From an uncultured Planctomycetota bacterium (GTDB taxonomy: Bacteria; Planctomycetota; PLA2; JAEUHO01): a stretch of DNA of 64,000 nucleotides. Below the pieces are notes generated by a model. It searched no databases. It worked only from the letters and a program-made list of their open reading frames with translations, and had not been told where the DNA came from. The translations under genes were made by a program, and so were the position numbers. Shown one piece after another: positions 20,931-29,844 of the stretch (its first letter is position 1; every line of letters begins with the position of its first letter). The stretch spans positions 224,001 to 288,000 of the forward strand of contig CAVVXN010000002.1 in NCBI GenBank assembly GCA_963752285.1. The letters are read 5' to 3'.

Positions 20931-23900
20931 GCCCCCGCAACGAGGACTTCCTCTTCGCGCAGGAGGCCCAGCGCCAGGGCTACGTCAGCGAGGCCCAGGT
21001 CGAGGAGGGCTTCCAGCTCCAGCGGCGCATGGTGGACGAGCTCGAGCTGGACGAGCGGCTGTCGGTGATCCTCGTGAAGCGAGGCTGGCTCGCCGACCCG
21101 CAGGCGCGGCGCGTGTACGCGCAGATCGACCCCAAGGGACGCCCCGACGAGATCTCGGGCTACGAGATCGTGGAGAAGATCGGACGCGGCGCGATGGGGA
21201 CCGTCTACAAGGCGATCCACACGAGCCTGCAGCGCCCCGTCGCCATCAAGATCCTCCGGAGCGACCTGGCCCGCGAGACGATCCACGTCGCGCGCCTGAA
21301 GGAGGAGGCGAAGCTCCTCGCGAGCCTCGACCACCCGAACATCGTCCGCGCCCTCGACGCGGGCGAGGCGGCCGGCTTCCCCTTCGTCGTGATGGAGTAC
21401 GTCGAGGGCGACTCGCTGAAGGACCGGATCGCGCGCCGCGGCCCCCTGAAGGAGGTGGACGCGCTCAAGATCGTCCAGCAGATGGCGGACGCCCTCGAAC
21501 GCGCCCGGCGCATGGGCGTCGTGCACCGGGACGTGAAGCCCGGGAACATCATCCTCTCGCGCTCGGGCGCGCCGAAGCTGATGGACCTCGGCCTCGCGAA
21601 GGGCCCCGTGGACGTGGGCCTGACCCAGCACGGCGCGACGGTCGGCACCCCGCAGTACATCTCGCCGGAGCAGGCCCAGGACGCCCGGCGCGCGGACACG
21701 CGGAGCGACATCTACAGCCTGGGCGCGACCCTCTACGCGATGCTCACGGGCCGGCCGCCGTTCACCGGGACGAGCCTCGCCGAAGTCCTGTCGAAGGTCC
21801 TCTACGAGTCGCCGACGCCGGTGCGCGTCCTGAACCGCGCGGTGAGCCCCGACGCCGCGTACCTCGTCGAGCGCATGATGCTGAAGGACCCGAGCCTCCG
21901 GCACCGCACGCCCGCCGAGGTCGCCGAGGACGCCGCCGCGATCCTCGCGGGGCGTTCGATCATCCCCGCCGGGTTCCGCGGCAACTGGGAGGCCTACCTC
22001 CTCCGGCGGCGGATCCGGCGGTGGACGCGGTGGGGGGCGGCGGCCGTCCTCGCGACTGCGCTCCTCGGGGGGGGCACCCTCCTGGTGGTGAGCCACCAGC
22101 GGTCGCTCCGGACCGCCGCGGAGGCCCGCACCGCGGTACGGGAGGTGCTCGGCTCCACCGAGATCGGGCCCTCGGACTCCACGGGCGAGATCCAGCAGAA
22201 GCTGATGGCCGCGCGCCACGCCCTCGAGCTGTACCGCGGTCTCGACGGCGTGGACACGAAGCCCCTCCAGCAGCAGATCGAGGTGCTCGCGGGAGAGGCG
22301 GCGGGCCTCGCCCACGTGGAGAAGGACCTCGCGCCCCAGGTGGAGAAGCTGCTCGGGGAGCACGCCTTCGCCGCCGCGCTCGACAAGGTCCGGGAGGGCC
22401 AGGAGGCGATCTCGGGCGACGGGCCCGCCCGGCAGGCCGCGGACGCGCTCCAGCAGCGGATCCGCGTGGCCTCCCACGAGGCGTTCTACCGTCTCGCCGC
22501 GGACGCGTCCGTGACCGTCTTCCAGGATCTCGACGACGCCCGCCGACGTTGGGAGCGCCGGCGGAGCGTGCTCGCGACGCCGTTCGTCGCCGACGCCGAG
22601 GTCGTCCGCGCGCGGGAGCTGGCGGACCACGGCGCCGACGCGCTCGGGAAGGTCGCCGGGCGCGTTCGCGACGTCGAGGAGCGGTTCTCGGCGACCTCCC
22701 TCGCACCCCGGCTCGCGTCGTTCGACATCGCCGCGGTGCAGACCGACCTCTTCGCGAGGCGCAAGGAGGCCGTCGCCTTCGCGGAGAACGAGTGGGGTCC
22801 CCTCGAGGACGCCGGGCTCGGTCGCGCGCGCGACGTGCGGCGGATGGTCGAGGCGCGCCTCGCGCGGCTCGACCCGGTCGTGGACGAGGCCGTGGAGGCG
22901 CTCGTCCGCGAGGTGGACGAGAAGGTCCGCCAGAGCGCGGAGGCGGGGAAGGTGGACGACGCGCTCGCGCTCCTCGACCGACTGGAGTCCGCGCTGCGTG
23001 CCGGGGGCTACCCCCTCCTCGCGGAGAAGACGGCGGAGGAGCGCCGGGCCCTGGCCGAGAGACAGCGCCTGGAGCTCGAGCGCGCGCGGGAGGACCTCTC
23101 GTCGATCCTGAAGGACGTCCGCGAGCGCGCGCGCGCCGGCAAGGCCGACGCCATCCGGGCCCTCGTTGCGGAGACCCTCCAGACGAAGGAGACCTCCTGG
23201 CCGTTTCGCGAGGCGGTCGAGGGTCTCGGACGCGTGGCCGACGCGCTCGACGAGGTCGTGGGCGCCGCGCTCTCGGGACTCGAGCGGCGCGGTCGCGTGG
23301 AGGACGTGCGGCTCCGGAACGGGAAGACCGAGAAACGGTGGGTCGTGGAGTCGGTGGACCCCCCGACGCGGACCGTCTCGATCGCCACGTCGAAGGGCGC
23401 GGTCGAGAAGCGGTCCCTCCTCGACGTGGACCCCGCCCTGCTCCTGGCGTGGGCCGCGCCGGCCGACGGCGACCCGCCCCCGCGGTTCGAGGTCGTGACA
23501 CGGCTCATGGCGCTGGGCGAGGAGGAGCCGAGGGACCTGAGGCCGCACCGCGACGCGCTCGATGCGCTCGCCGCGGCATTCGACCGTGCGGGCTGGGAGG
23601 GGCCCCTCCACGACTGGGCCAAGGCGGAGAGCGACCGCTCGAACACGCAGCAGAACGCGCGCGAGCGCGACGCCGTGGAGCAGATCTCGACCGTCGACTT
23701 CTACATGATCCGGCGCGAGCCCGAGTACGCGCGCCCCGCGCTCCTTCGGCTGCTCCTGCCGGACGACCCGCTGCGGTACACCGACGTGTTCGACCAGCAG
23801 CGCGAGCGTCTCGAACGCGACCTGGAGACCGTGAACGCGCAGCTGGCGAACCTGAAGCTCGCGGACCACGTCCCGGGTGCGCGGATCCAGGACGCGGGCG

Positions 23901-24694
23901 GCGGCCGGACCTCGGTCCGCTTCCGCTTCGAGTCGGGCGAGGAGCTCGAGTCGTTCCGCCGGGACCCCGGACGGGGCGTCGGCGCGATCGAGCGGTACAC
24001 GACCGAGCGTTCGGTCACGCCGGGGACGACGACGCAACGCCTGCACCTCCTCCGGGGGGAGGAGGGGATCGACCGTCACGCGCCGCTCGTCTTCCCCTCC
24101 CTCTTCGACCCCGCCGCGCCGATCGACGTCCAGTTCACGCTCTTCACGCTGAAGAGCCCGTTCTTCCTCGCCGTGGACGTGGACGGCCTGCAGGTGGCCA
24201 TCCTCTCCGCCGATCCCACGTCCACCGCGTGGAACGCGCGCTGGCGGTTCCCGGACGACGTTCCGAAGCTCCCCGACGAACGCCGGACGCCGAACGTCGC
24301 GTGGTACGGCCGCGGTCGTGGCGTCGCGTTCCACGCCGGTCGGGGCTTCGGCGAGCCGACCGACAAGAAGACGTGGGACTGGCCCGACGCGTCGGGCGCC
24401 CGGAACCGGGAAGAGTGGCCGCACAGCAAGGATCTCGGCGGCCGCCTCTTCGCGTTCGGCGCCGACGAGGTGCACCGCGTGAAGGTCTCTCGAGAGCGCG
24501 GTCGCCTCTCGCTCTTCGTGGACGACCACCTCGTGGCGCGTGAGGAGAAGGAGCCGTGGGCCCGGATCGGCAAGCAGAGCGACAAGGACCACCGCGTACG
24601 CGGCGGCACCGGCCTGATCCAGATCTGGACCTGGACCCCCCAGGCGATCGACGACCTCGAGATCACCGGCGCCGTTCGGGACGAGTACCGGTGA
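20927..24694 (+). CDS. Hanks-type Ser/Thr protein kinase with TM helix and large C-terminal region
   Basis: IGRGAMGTVYKA, VAIKIL, HRDVKPGNI, MDLGLAK, GTPQYISPEQ, DIYSLGATLY; TM segment WGAAAVLATALLGGGTLLVV. Confidence 0.93.
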   Translation: MSPRNEDFLFAQEAQRQGYVSEAQVEEGFQLQRRMVDELELDERLSVILVKRGWLADPQARRVYAQIDPKGRPDEISGYEIVEKIGRGAMGTVYKAIHTSLQRPVAIKILRSDLARETIHVARLKEEAKLLASLDHPNIVRALDAGEAAGFPFVVMEYVEGDSLKDRIARRGPLKEVDALKIVQQMADALERARRMGVVHRDVKPGNIILSRSGAPKLMDLGLAKGPVDVGLTQHGATVGTPQYISPEQAQDARRADTRSDIYSLGATLYAMLTGRPPFTGTSLAEVLSKVLYESPTPVRVLNRAVSPDAAYLVERMMLKDPSLRHRTPAEVAEDAAAILAGRSIIPAGFRGNWEAYLLRRRIRRWTRWGAAAVLATALLGGGTLLVVSHQRSLRTAAEARTAVREVLGSTEIGPSDSTGEIQQKLMAARHALELYRGLDGVDTKPLQQQIEVLAGEAAGLAHVEKDLAPQVEKLLGEHAFAAALDKVREGQEAISGDGPARQAADALQQRIRVASHEAFYRLAADASVTVFQDLDDARRRWERRRSVLATPFVADAEVVRARELADHGADALGKVAGRVRDVEERFSATSLAPRLASFDIAAVQTDLFARRKEAVAFAENEWGPLEDAGLGRARDVRRMVEARLARLDPVVDEAVEALVREVDEKVRQSAEAGKVDDALALLDRLESALRAGGYPLLAEKTAEERRALAERQRLELERAREDLSSILKDVRERARAGKADAIRALVAETLQTKETSWPFREAVEGLGRVADALDEVVGAALSGLERRGRVEDVRLRNGKTEKRWVVESVDPPTRTVSIATSKGAVEKRSLLDVDPALLLAWAAPADGDPPPRFEVVTRLMALGEEEPRDLRPHRDALDALAAAFDRAGWEGPLHDWAKAESDRSNTQQNARERDAVEQISTVDFYMIRREPEYARPALLRLLLPDDPLRYTDVFDQQRERLERDLETVNAQLANLKLADHVPGARIQDAGGGRTSVRFRFESGEELESFRRDPGRGVGAIERYTTERSVTPGTTTQRLHLLRGEEGIDRHAPLVFPSLFDPAAPIDVQFTLFTLKSPFFLAVDVDGLQVAILSADPTSTAWNARWRFPDDVPKLPDERRTPNVAWYGRGRGVAFHAGRGFGEPTDKKTWDWPDASGARNREEWPHSKDLGGRLFAFGADEVHRVKVSRERGRLSLFVDDHLVAREEKEPWARIGKQSDKDHRVRGGTGLIQIWTWTPQAIDDLEITGAVRDEYR

Positions 24695-24719
24695 GACGGT
24701 CCTACGTTCCTCGCGCGCC

Positions 24720-24748
24720 GGAATCCCCGGGGACGGGCCCGCGTCGAA
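24720..24748 (+). promoter_or_regulatory. Possible ECF-sigma promoter (GGAAT-N17-CGTCGAA) for the FHA gene
   Basis: Motif geometry typical of ECF -35/-10 elements in the intergenic region; pattern only. Confidence 0.35.
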
Positions 24749-24827
24749 GTGGGGGCTCGGTTCAGGCGGGGGACCCCCGTGGCCGAGAGGGTCCGCGGTT
24801 TGCTCGGTTCACCCGGCGGAGAGTCCC

Positions 24828-25271
24828 ATGAGTCCGTCCCCCGCCAGTCCGAAGCCGGCGTCCACCGGGACGCGGCCCCTGCTCGCGCTCCGCGGGACCG
24901 GCGAGGTCGCCGAGGGCGAGAACCTCGAGATCGCGCTCGGCGACGCCGTGGTGCTCGGGCGGAGCCGGCACTGCGACTGGTCCCTCAAGCGCACGCCGAC
25001 CTGGCTCAAGAGCCAGGACGCCGAGCGTCAGAGGCTCCGCGCCACCCTCTCGTGGCGCTCGACCAGCCGTCGCCACTGCCGTCTGACGTACCTGGCCCCG
25101 GACCTGCTCGACGTGGAGAACCTCTCGCAGAACGGGACGTTCGTGGACGGGAGCCCGGTGGCCCGCGTCCTCCTCAGCGACTGCCGGACGACCGCGCACC
25201 GCATCCAGCTCGGGCCGCACGGCGTCGTGCTCGAGGTCCGGCCCTCGCACCCGGCCGACGGCGACCGCTGA
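24828..25271 (+). CDS. Stand-alone FHA domain protein
   Basis: LGRSRHCD...STSRRHC...NLSQNGTFVDG, retaining the FHA pThr-binding GR, SxxH and NGT residues. Confidence 0.88.
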   Translation: MSPSPASPKPASTGTRPLLALRGTGEVAEGENLEIALGDAVVLGRSRHCDWSLKRTPTWLKSQDAERQRLRATLSWRSTSRRHCRLTYLAPDLLDVENLSQNGTFVDGSPVARVLLSDCRTTAHRIQLGPHGVVLEVRPSHPADGDR

Positions 25272-25290
25272 GCCCCCCGGCGCCGCGCGG

Positions 25291-26448
25291 TCAGACGGGC
25301 GCGAGGAGCGACCGGGCCACGGCCGCCACCGCCGCGGGCTCGAGGCCCGTCATGCAGACCGGTGCGGCGCACGCGCGGAGCCGGCAGGGGCGACAGGCGA
25401 CGTCGCTCCGCGACAGGGTCTCGAGCACGCCCGCCGTGCCGTCGGCGCGTCGCCCGTACGGCGCGTAGACGGCGGCGTCCTTGGGGCCGAAGAGCGCGAG
25501 CGTCGGGACCCCGGCGAGCGCGGCGAGGTGGAGCGGCCCCGTGTCCGCGCCCACGACGAGCGCCCCCCGCCGGAGGAGCTCGCCGAGCGTCGCGAGGTCG
25601 GGCGCCGGGAGGACCGGGACGGCGCCCTCGGCGCCGCGGGCGACGTGACGGGCGAGGGGGCCCTCGCCGGGCGGGGCGAGGACGCCGACCGCACGGCCGC
25701 CCGCGACGAGCCGCCGCGCGAGGTCCGAGAAACGATCCGGCGGCCAGCGCTTGAAGCGGCCGAACGCGCTCGTGCCCGGGAGGAGGAGCACGACCCGCTT
25801 CCCGGCGAGCCCGGCCGCGGCGAACGCGGCCTCGGCGCGGCGCGCCGCGCCGGGACGCACGGGGAGCCCGGGGTCCGCCCACGGGAGCGGTCGGTCGAGG
25901 GCGGCGGCGACGAGGCCGAGGGCCCGCTCGACCCGGTGGGGCGCCCCTGCGGGCGGGTCGAAGCGTTCGTCCGTGAGGAGGGCGTTCCCCTCCCGCGCGG
26001 TCGGCCGCGTGAAGCCGACCCGCCGCCGGGCCCGGGCCGCCCGGACGACGACCCCGCTCTTCAGGTTCCCCTGGAGGTCGATCGCCACGTCGTACGTCCG
26101 CTCCCGGAGGCGGGCGAGGAACGCACGGAGGAGGGCGAGGCGGGCGCCCGGGTGGCCCCGGGCGCGCGAGAGCGCACGCCGCGGGAGCACCACCGCGCGG
26201 TCCACCTCGGCGCGAGGGGCCACCAGGTCCCGAAACCGGTCCTCCACCGCCCAGTCGATCCGGGCGTGGGGCTCGGCCCGCCGGAGCGCCACCAGCGCCG
26301 GGAGCGCGTGCACCACGTCCCCGAGCGCGGAGAGCCGCACCAGGAGGAAACGTGGTTGCCACCCGGCGGGCGGGGCGCGGTCGCCGGCGGGCTCTCGTCG
26401 CATGGACGGCGTCTCCGGGCGGGAGGAGCGCAACCAGGGGCCGCCCAC
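25291..26448 (-). CDS. LPS heptosyltransferase (GT9, WaaC-like)
   Basis: LLVRLSALGDVVHALP, DLQGNLKS, KRWP, VGADTGPLHLAA, LFGPKD. Start is 26448 or 26403. Confidence 0.88.
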   Translation of the reverse strand: MGGPWLRSSRPETPSMRREPAGDRAPPAGWQPRFLLVRLSALGDVVHALPALVALRRAEPHARIDWAVEDRFRDLVAPRAEVDRAVVLPRRALSRARGHPGARLALLRAFLARLRERTYDVAIDLQGNLKSGVVVRAARARRRVGFTRPTAREGNALLTDERFDPPAGAPHRVERALGLVAAALDRPLPWADPGLPVRPGAARRAEAAFAAAGLAGKRVVLLLPGTSAFGRFKRWPPDRFSDLARRLVAGGRAVGVLAPPGEGPLARHVARGAEGAVPVLPAPDLATLGELLRRGALVVGADTGPLHLAALAGVPTLALFGPKDAAVYAPYGRRADGTAGVLETLSRSDVACRPCRLRACAAPVCMTGLEPAAVAAVARSLLAPV

Positions 26449-26546
26449 GCGGGTGTAGGTTACGAAGGCGTATCATGCCCCGAGCGGTGGCGCGGGGCCG
26501 GCGGCGGCCCTGCGGCGAGGTGGTGTTCGTGGGCGAGGCGGAGATC

Positions 26547-27683
26547 GTGCGGCGTACCCTCGGTCCGTTCCTGGGGATCCTCCTCCTCTCGCTCCCCGCG
26601 AGCCCGTCCCGCGCCGGGGACGAGCCGGGGCGCGCGCTCGACACGTTCTTCAAGGGCCGGATCACCCGGTTCGACGCGAAGACCCTGACGCTCCACTACG
26701 ACTTCTCGAAGAAGGAGCAGATGGAGGACTGGCCGGCGGGCATCCCGTTCCCGATCGAGAAGCTGCCCGACCAGGACGTCCGGTGGTTCGACGAGCGCCT
26801 CGAGGTCCGTGGCAACACCGGCGCGGGTCACCTCGCCGTGTGGCGCGGCGACATCGAGGTCCGGTGCCACATCACACCCGATGCCGAGAAAGACCTCGGC
26901 GGCTACCTCGTGCCGAGTCCCGAGAGCGACGACCTCGCGACGTTCACGCTCGCGGAGACGTACTTCCACGGGTGGGACAAGCACAGCGGCGGCCAGCTCA
27001 GCATCCTCAAGTTCGGGAAGCAGTGGCGCGAGCGCGGGAGCAGTGCGGATTTCATCGGGTTCCGCTACGTCGCCGACCGTCCCCTCGACCCGCCCATGCA
27101 GGTGGGGCACGCGGTGGACATGATGTACGGCATCAAGGGCGGGAAGCTCGTGCTCCAGGTCGGCGACGTGGACCTCGCGGGGCGCGACATCGGCACGAAG
27201 TTCAAGAACGAGCGGCCGGGCTTCTACACCGTGAAGGGCCGGATGCTCGTGGACGACGTGGACATCACCGGCCGCCTCGATCCCGCGTGGATGAAGGCGC
27301 ACGACCTCGCGTGGCGGCTGGAGACGCCGCTCACCGCCGTCGCGGCCGACCCGGAGGCGGAGAAGGCGATCGAGGCGTACGGCAAGGGCCAGGCGGCCGC
27401 CGCCGACATCGTGAAGATCGTCGGCGACCTCAGCCGGCCGGAGCCGGTGCGACAGGCCGCCGCGGAGGCGCTCGGGAAGGGCCCGAAGAAGGCGGTCCCC
27501 GCGACGCTCGACCTGCTCTACCACGCCGACCCCGACGTCCGCTCGCTCGGCATCGGGATCGTGAAGGCCCTGCTCGGCAAGGACTACGGCTACAAGGCGA
27601 CGGGCTCGGAGAGCTCGAGGAGCGTCGCGATCCGTCGGCTGAACGAGGACTTGAAGGACCACCCGGAGCTTCTCTCGGACTGA
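26547..27683 (+). CDS. Exported hypothetical protein (beta-rich domain plus C-terminal HEAT-like repeats)
   Basis: GTG with GGAG RBS, signal peptide RRTLGPFLGILLLSLPASPSRA, coding-like composition. Confidence 0.75.
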   Translation: MRRTLGPFLGILLLSLPASPSRAGDEPGRALDTFFKGRITRFDAKTLTLHYDFSKKEQMEDWPAGIPFPIEKLPDQDVRWFDERLEVRGNTGAGHLAVWRGDIEVRCHITPDAEKDLGGYLVPSPESDDLATFTLAETYFHGWDKHSGGQLSILKFGKQWRERGSSADFIGFRYVADRPLDPPMQVGHAVDMMYGIKGGKLVLQVGDVDLAGRDIGTKFKNERPGFYTVKGRMLVDDVDITGRLDPAWMKAHDLAWRLETPLTAVAADPEAEKAIEAYGKGQAAAADIVKIVGDLSRPEPVRQAAAEALGKGPKKAVPATLDLLYHADPDVRSLGIGIVKALLGKDYGYKATGSESSRSVAIRRLNEDLKDHPELLSD

Positions 27684-27731
27684 CGCCGGGACCCCGGCGA
27701 GGCCGGGTCGCGAGCGGGGAAGGAGGTCGCG

Positions 27732-28094
27732 ATGCGGCGCGTACGTTGGCTGGTGGTGGTGGTCACCGCTCTGGCGGTGGTTGGCTTCTTCGCCTTCGAC
27801 GCCGCCGCGCGCGGCGGTCGGGGCGGCGGCGGTGGACGTGGCGGCGGCCGCGGCGGGTTCGGCGGCGGCGGTCGGGGCCCGAGCGTCGGCGGCGGCACCG
27901 GCGGCGGTCGCGCGGGCCGAGGCGGCAAGGGTGCCAACTCGACGTCCGCCAAGGACTACGAGGTCCTCCAGAAGCAGGAGGACCGGCGCAAGCGCATCGA
28001 GGAGCGCCGGCACCAGCTGATGGAGTCCGCGCGGCAGGAACAGCAGGAGGCGCGCGAGGCCGCGCTCCGGCTCCAGGCCGCGGAGGGGCTCTGA
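27732..28094 (+). CDS. Small exported Gly/Arg-rich protein with C-terminal coiled coil
   Basis: AAGGAGGT RBS, signal peptide, RGG-rich tract, charged helix; TGATG overlap with the next gene. Confidence 0.75.
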   Translation: MRRVRWLVVVVTALAVVGFFAFDAAARGGRGGGGGRGGGRGGFGGGGRGPSVGGGTGGGRAGRGGKGANSTSAKDYEVLQKQEDRRKRIEERRHQLMESARQEQQEAREAALRLQAAEGL

Positions 28095-29797
28095 TGCCCG
28101 GTCGGGCCGCGAGAGCGCCCGCCCTTGGCGTCCTCCTCGGGCTCTGGGTCGCCCTCCTCCTCTTCGGTGGGCCCCGGGCGCACGCGGCGGACGAGCCCGA
28201 CCCGAGGGCCTCCGCGCTGCACGTCGCCGACGGCGACTCGGCGTACGAAGCGGGCCGGTGGAAGGAGGCCGCCGACTGCTACTGGAAGGCGATCGAGATG
28301 GATCGCACGAACTACGACGCGCACGTGAAGTACCAGCGCGCGAGCCTGCGGCAGGGTGTGGCCGTCGCGGACCTGAGCGCGGACTACGACTCGTTCGTCC
28401 GCGACTTCCCGGCCGATCCGGCGTTCAAGCTGCACCGCGCGCGCCTCGACCCGCCCGACGCGCGCCTGAAGGAGATCGACGCCCTCGGCGGCAAGGCGAC
28501 GCCGGCCGACCTCGCGTACGAGACCGCGCTGGCGCTCCTCGAGCAGGACGACACGACGAAGGCGCTGAAGGAGCTCGAGAGCGCGGTCAAGAAGGGCGCG
28601 ACGCCCCGCGTCGAGGTCCTGCTCGTCCGGACGCTGGCGCGCGCGGGACAGTCCTCGGAGGCCGAGAAGCGCCTGAAGGACCGGCTCGACGACCCGGTCT
28701 TCGCGCTGGAGGGCGCGCGTCTGTCCCTGGCGACCGGCGCGTACGACGAGGCGGTGAAGCGGGCGGACGTGGTCCTCGCCGTCCGGCCGGCGAGCGCGGC
28801 CGCGCTCCTCGTCCGGGCCGAGGCCCGGCTGCGCACCGGGCACGAGCCGGAGGCGATCGAGATCCTGACCGGCGCCCGGCGCGCGACCCAGGATGCGACG
28901 CCCGTGCTCCTCGCCCTCGCGGGCCTCCTCGGGCACGGCCCGGACCCGGACAAGGCCCTGCCCGCCGCCGCCGAGCTCTACGACACGGTGCTGAAGCGCG
29001 ATGCGAAGGACACCCGCGCGATCTACGGCATGGCCTGGGTCCTCGAACGGCAGCTCAAGTACAAGGAGGCGGAGGATCTGTACCGGAAGGCGGCGAGCCT
29101 CCTGCCCACGGACGCGTCGTGCGTGGAGTCGATCGGCTTCGTCCTCTTCCGGCAGGGCCGCGTCTCCGACGCCGCGGTCCAGTTCAAGAAGGCGATCGAC
29201 CTGGACCCGGACTACGCGAGCGCCTACGCGAACCTCGGGGCGATGCACGACGAGAAGGCGGAGTACAACGAGGCGATCGACTGGTACGAGAAGCTCCTGA
29301 AGCTCCGGGGGCAGAAGGACAACATCCGGGCGCTCGTGAACTGCGCGTTCGACCACGAGCAGCTCGGGAACTTCTCGAAGGCGGAGAGCTACCTGCGCCA
29401 CGCCGTCGCCATCCGTCCGAAGGACGCCGACCTGGTGACCTGGCTCGCCGACAACCTCTACTTCCAGGAGAAGTGGCGGGACGCGACGAAGCTCTACCTG
29501 CAGGCCACCGACCTCGACCCGAAGGCGTTCTACGCCTGGCGCGGTCTCGGGCTGGCGTTCGGCCAGCAGAACAAGTGGTCGGACGCGGCGGACGCCCTCG
29601 AGAAGGCCAAGCAGCTGAAGCCGAAGGACCTCGACCTCCTGCTCCGGCTCGGCGGGCTCTACCTTCAGGAGCTCGAGAACCTGGACAAGGCGCTCGAGAA
29701 CTTCCAGGCGTACGAGGACAACGGCGGAGACGACCCCGCCGTGCCCGACACGATCGCCGAGATCCAGAAGCAGATCGGCGACAAGAAGAAGCACTGA
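28094..29797 (+). CDS. Exported TPR-repeat protein
   Basis: Signal peptide ending RAHA; many TPR motifs (FKKAIDLDPDYASAYANLG). Confidence 0.9.
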   Translation: MPGRAARAPALGVLLGLWVALLLFGGPRAHAADEPDPRASALHVADGDSAYEAGRWKEAADCYWKAIEMDRTNYDAHVKYQRASLRQGVAVADLSADYDSFVRDFPADPAFKLHRARLDPPDARLKEIDALGGKATPADLAYETALALLEQDDTTKALKELESAVKKGATPRVEVLLVRTLARAGQSSEAEKRLKDRLDDPVFALEGARLSLATGAYDEAVKRADVVLAVRPASAAALLVRAEARLRTGHEPEAIEILTGARRATQDATPVLLALAGLLGHGPDPDKALPAAAELYDTVLKRDAKDTRAIYGMAWVLERQLKYKEAEDLYRKAASLLPTDASCVESIGFVLFRQGRVSDAAVQFKKAIDLDPDYASAYANLGAMHDEKAEYNEAIDWYEKLLKLRGQKDNIRALVNCAFDHEQLGNFSKAESYLRHAVAIRPKDADLVTWLADNLYFQEKWRDATKLYLQATDLDPKAFYAWRGLGLAFGQQNKWSDAADALEKAKQLKPKDLDLLLRLGGLYLQELENLDKALENFQAYEDNGGDDPAVPDTIAEIQKQIGDKKKH

Positions 29798-29844
29798 GCG
29801 CGGCGACGGGCCCGGCCCCGCCCGCCCGCAGGGGCGTGGTGTGG

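Noticed and set aside
19208..24694. Apparent 1828-aa kinase; likewise the over-long ORFs 26783..29797, 10212..12743 and 54569..57433
   Set aside because: The N-terminal extensions overlap genuine upstream genes; the true starts lie at coupled ATGA/GTGA/TGATG junctions or RBS-supported codons.
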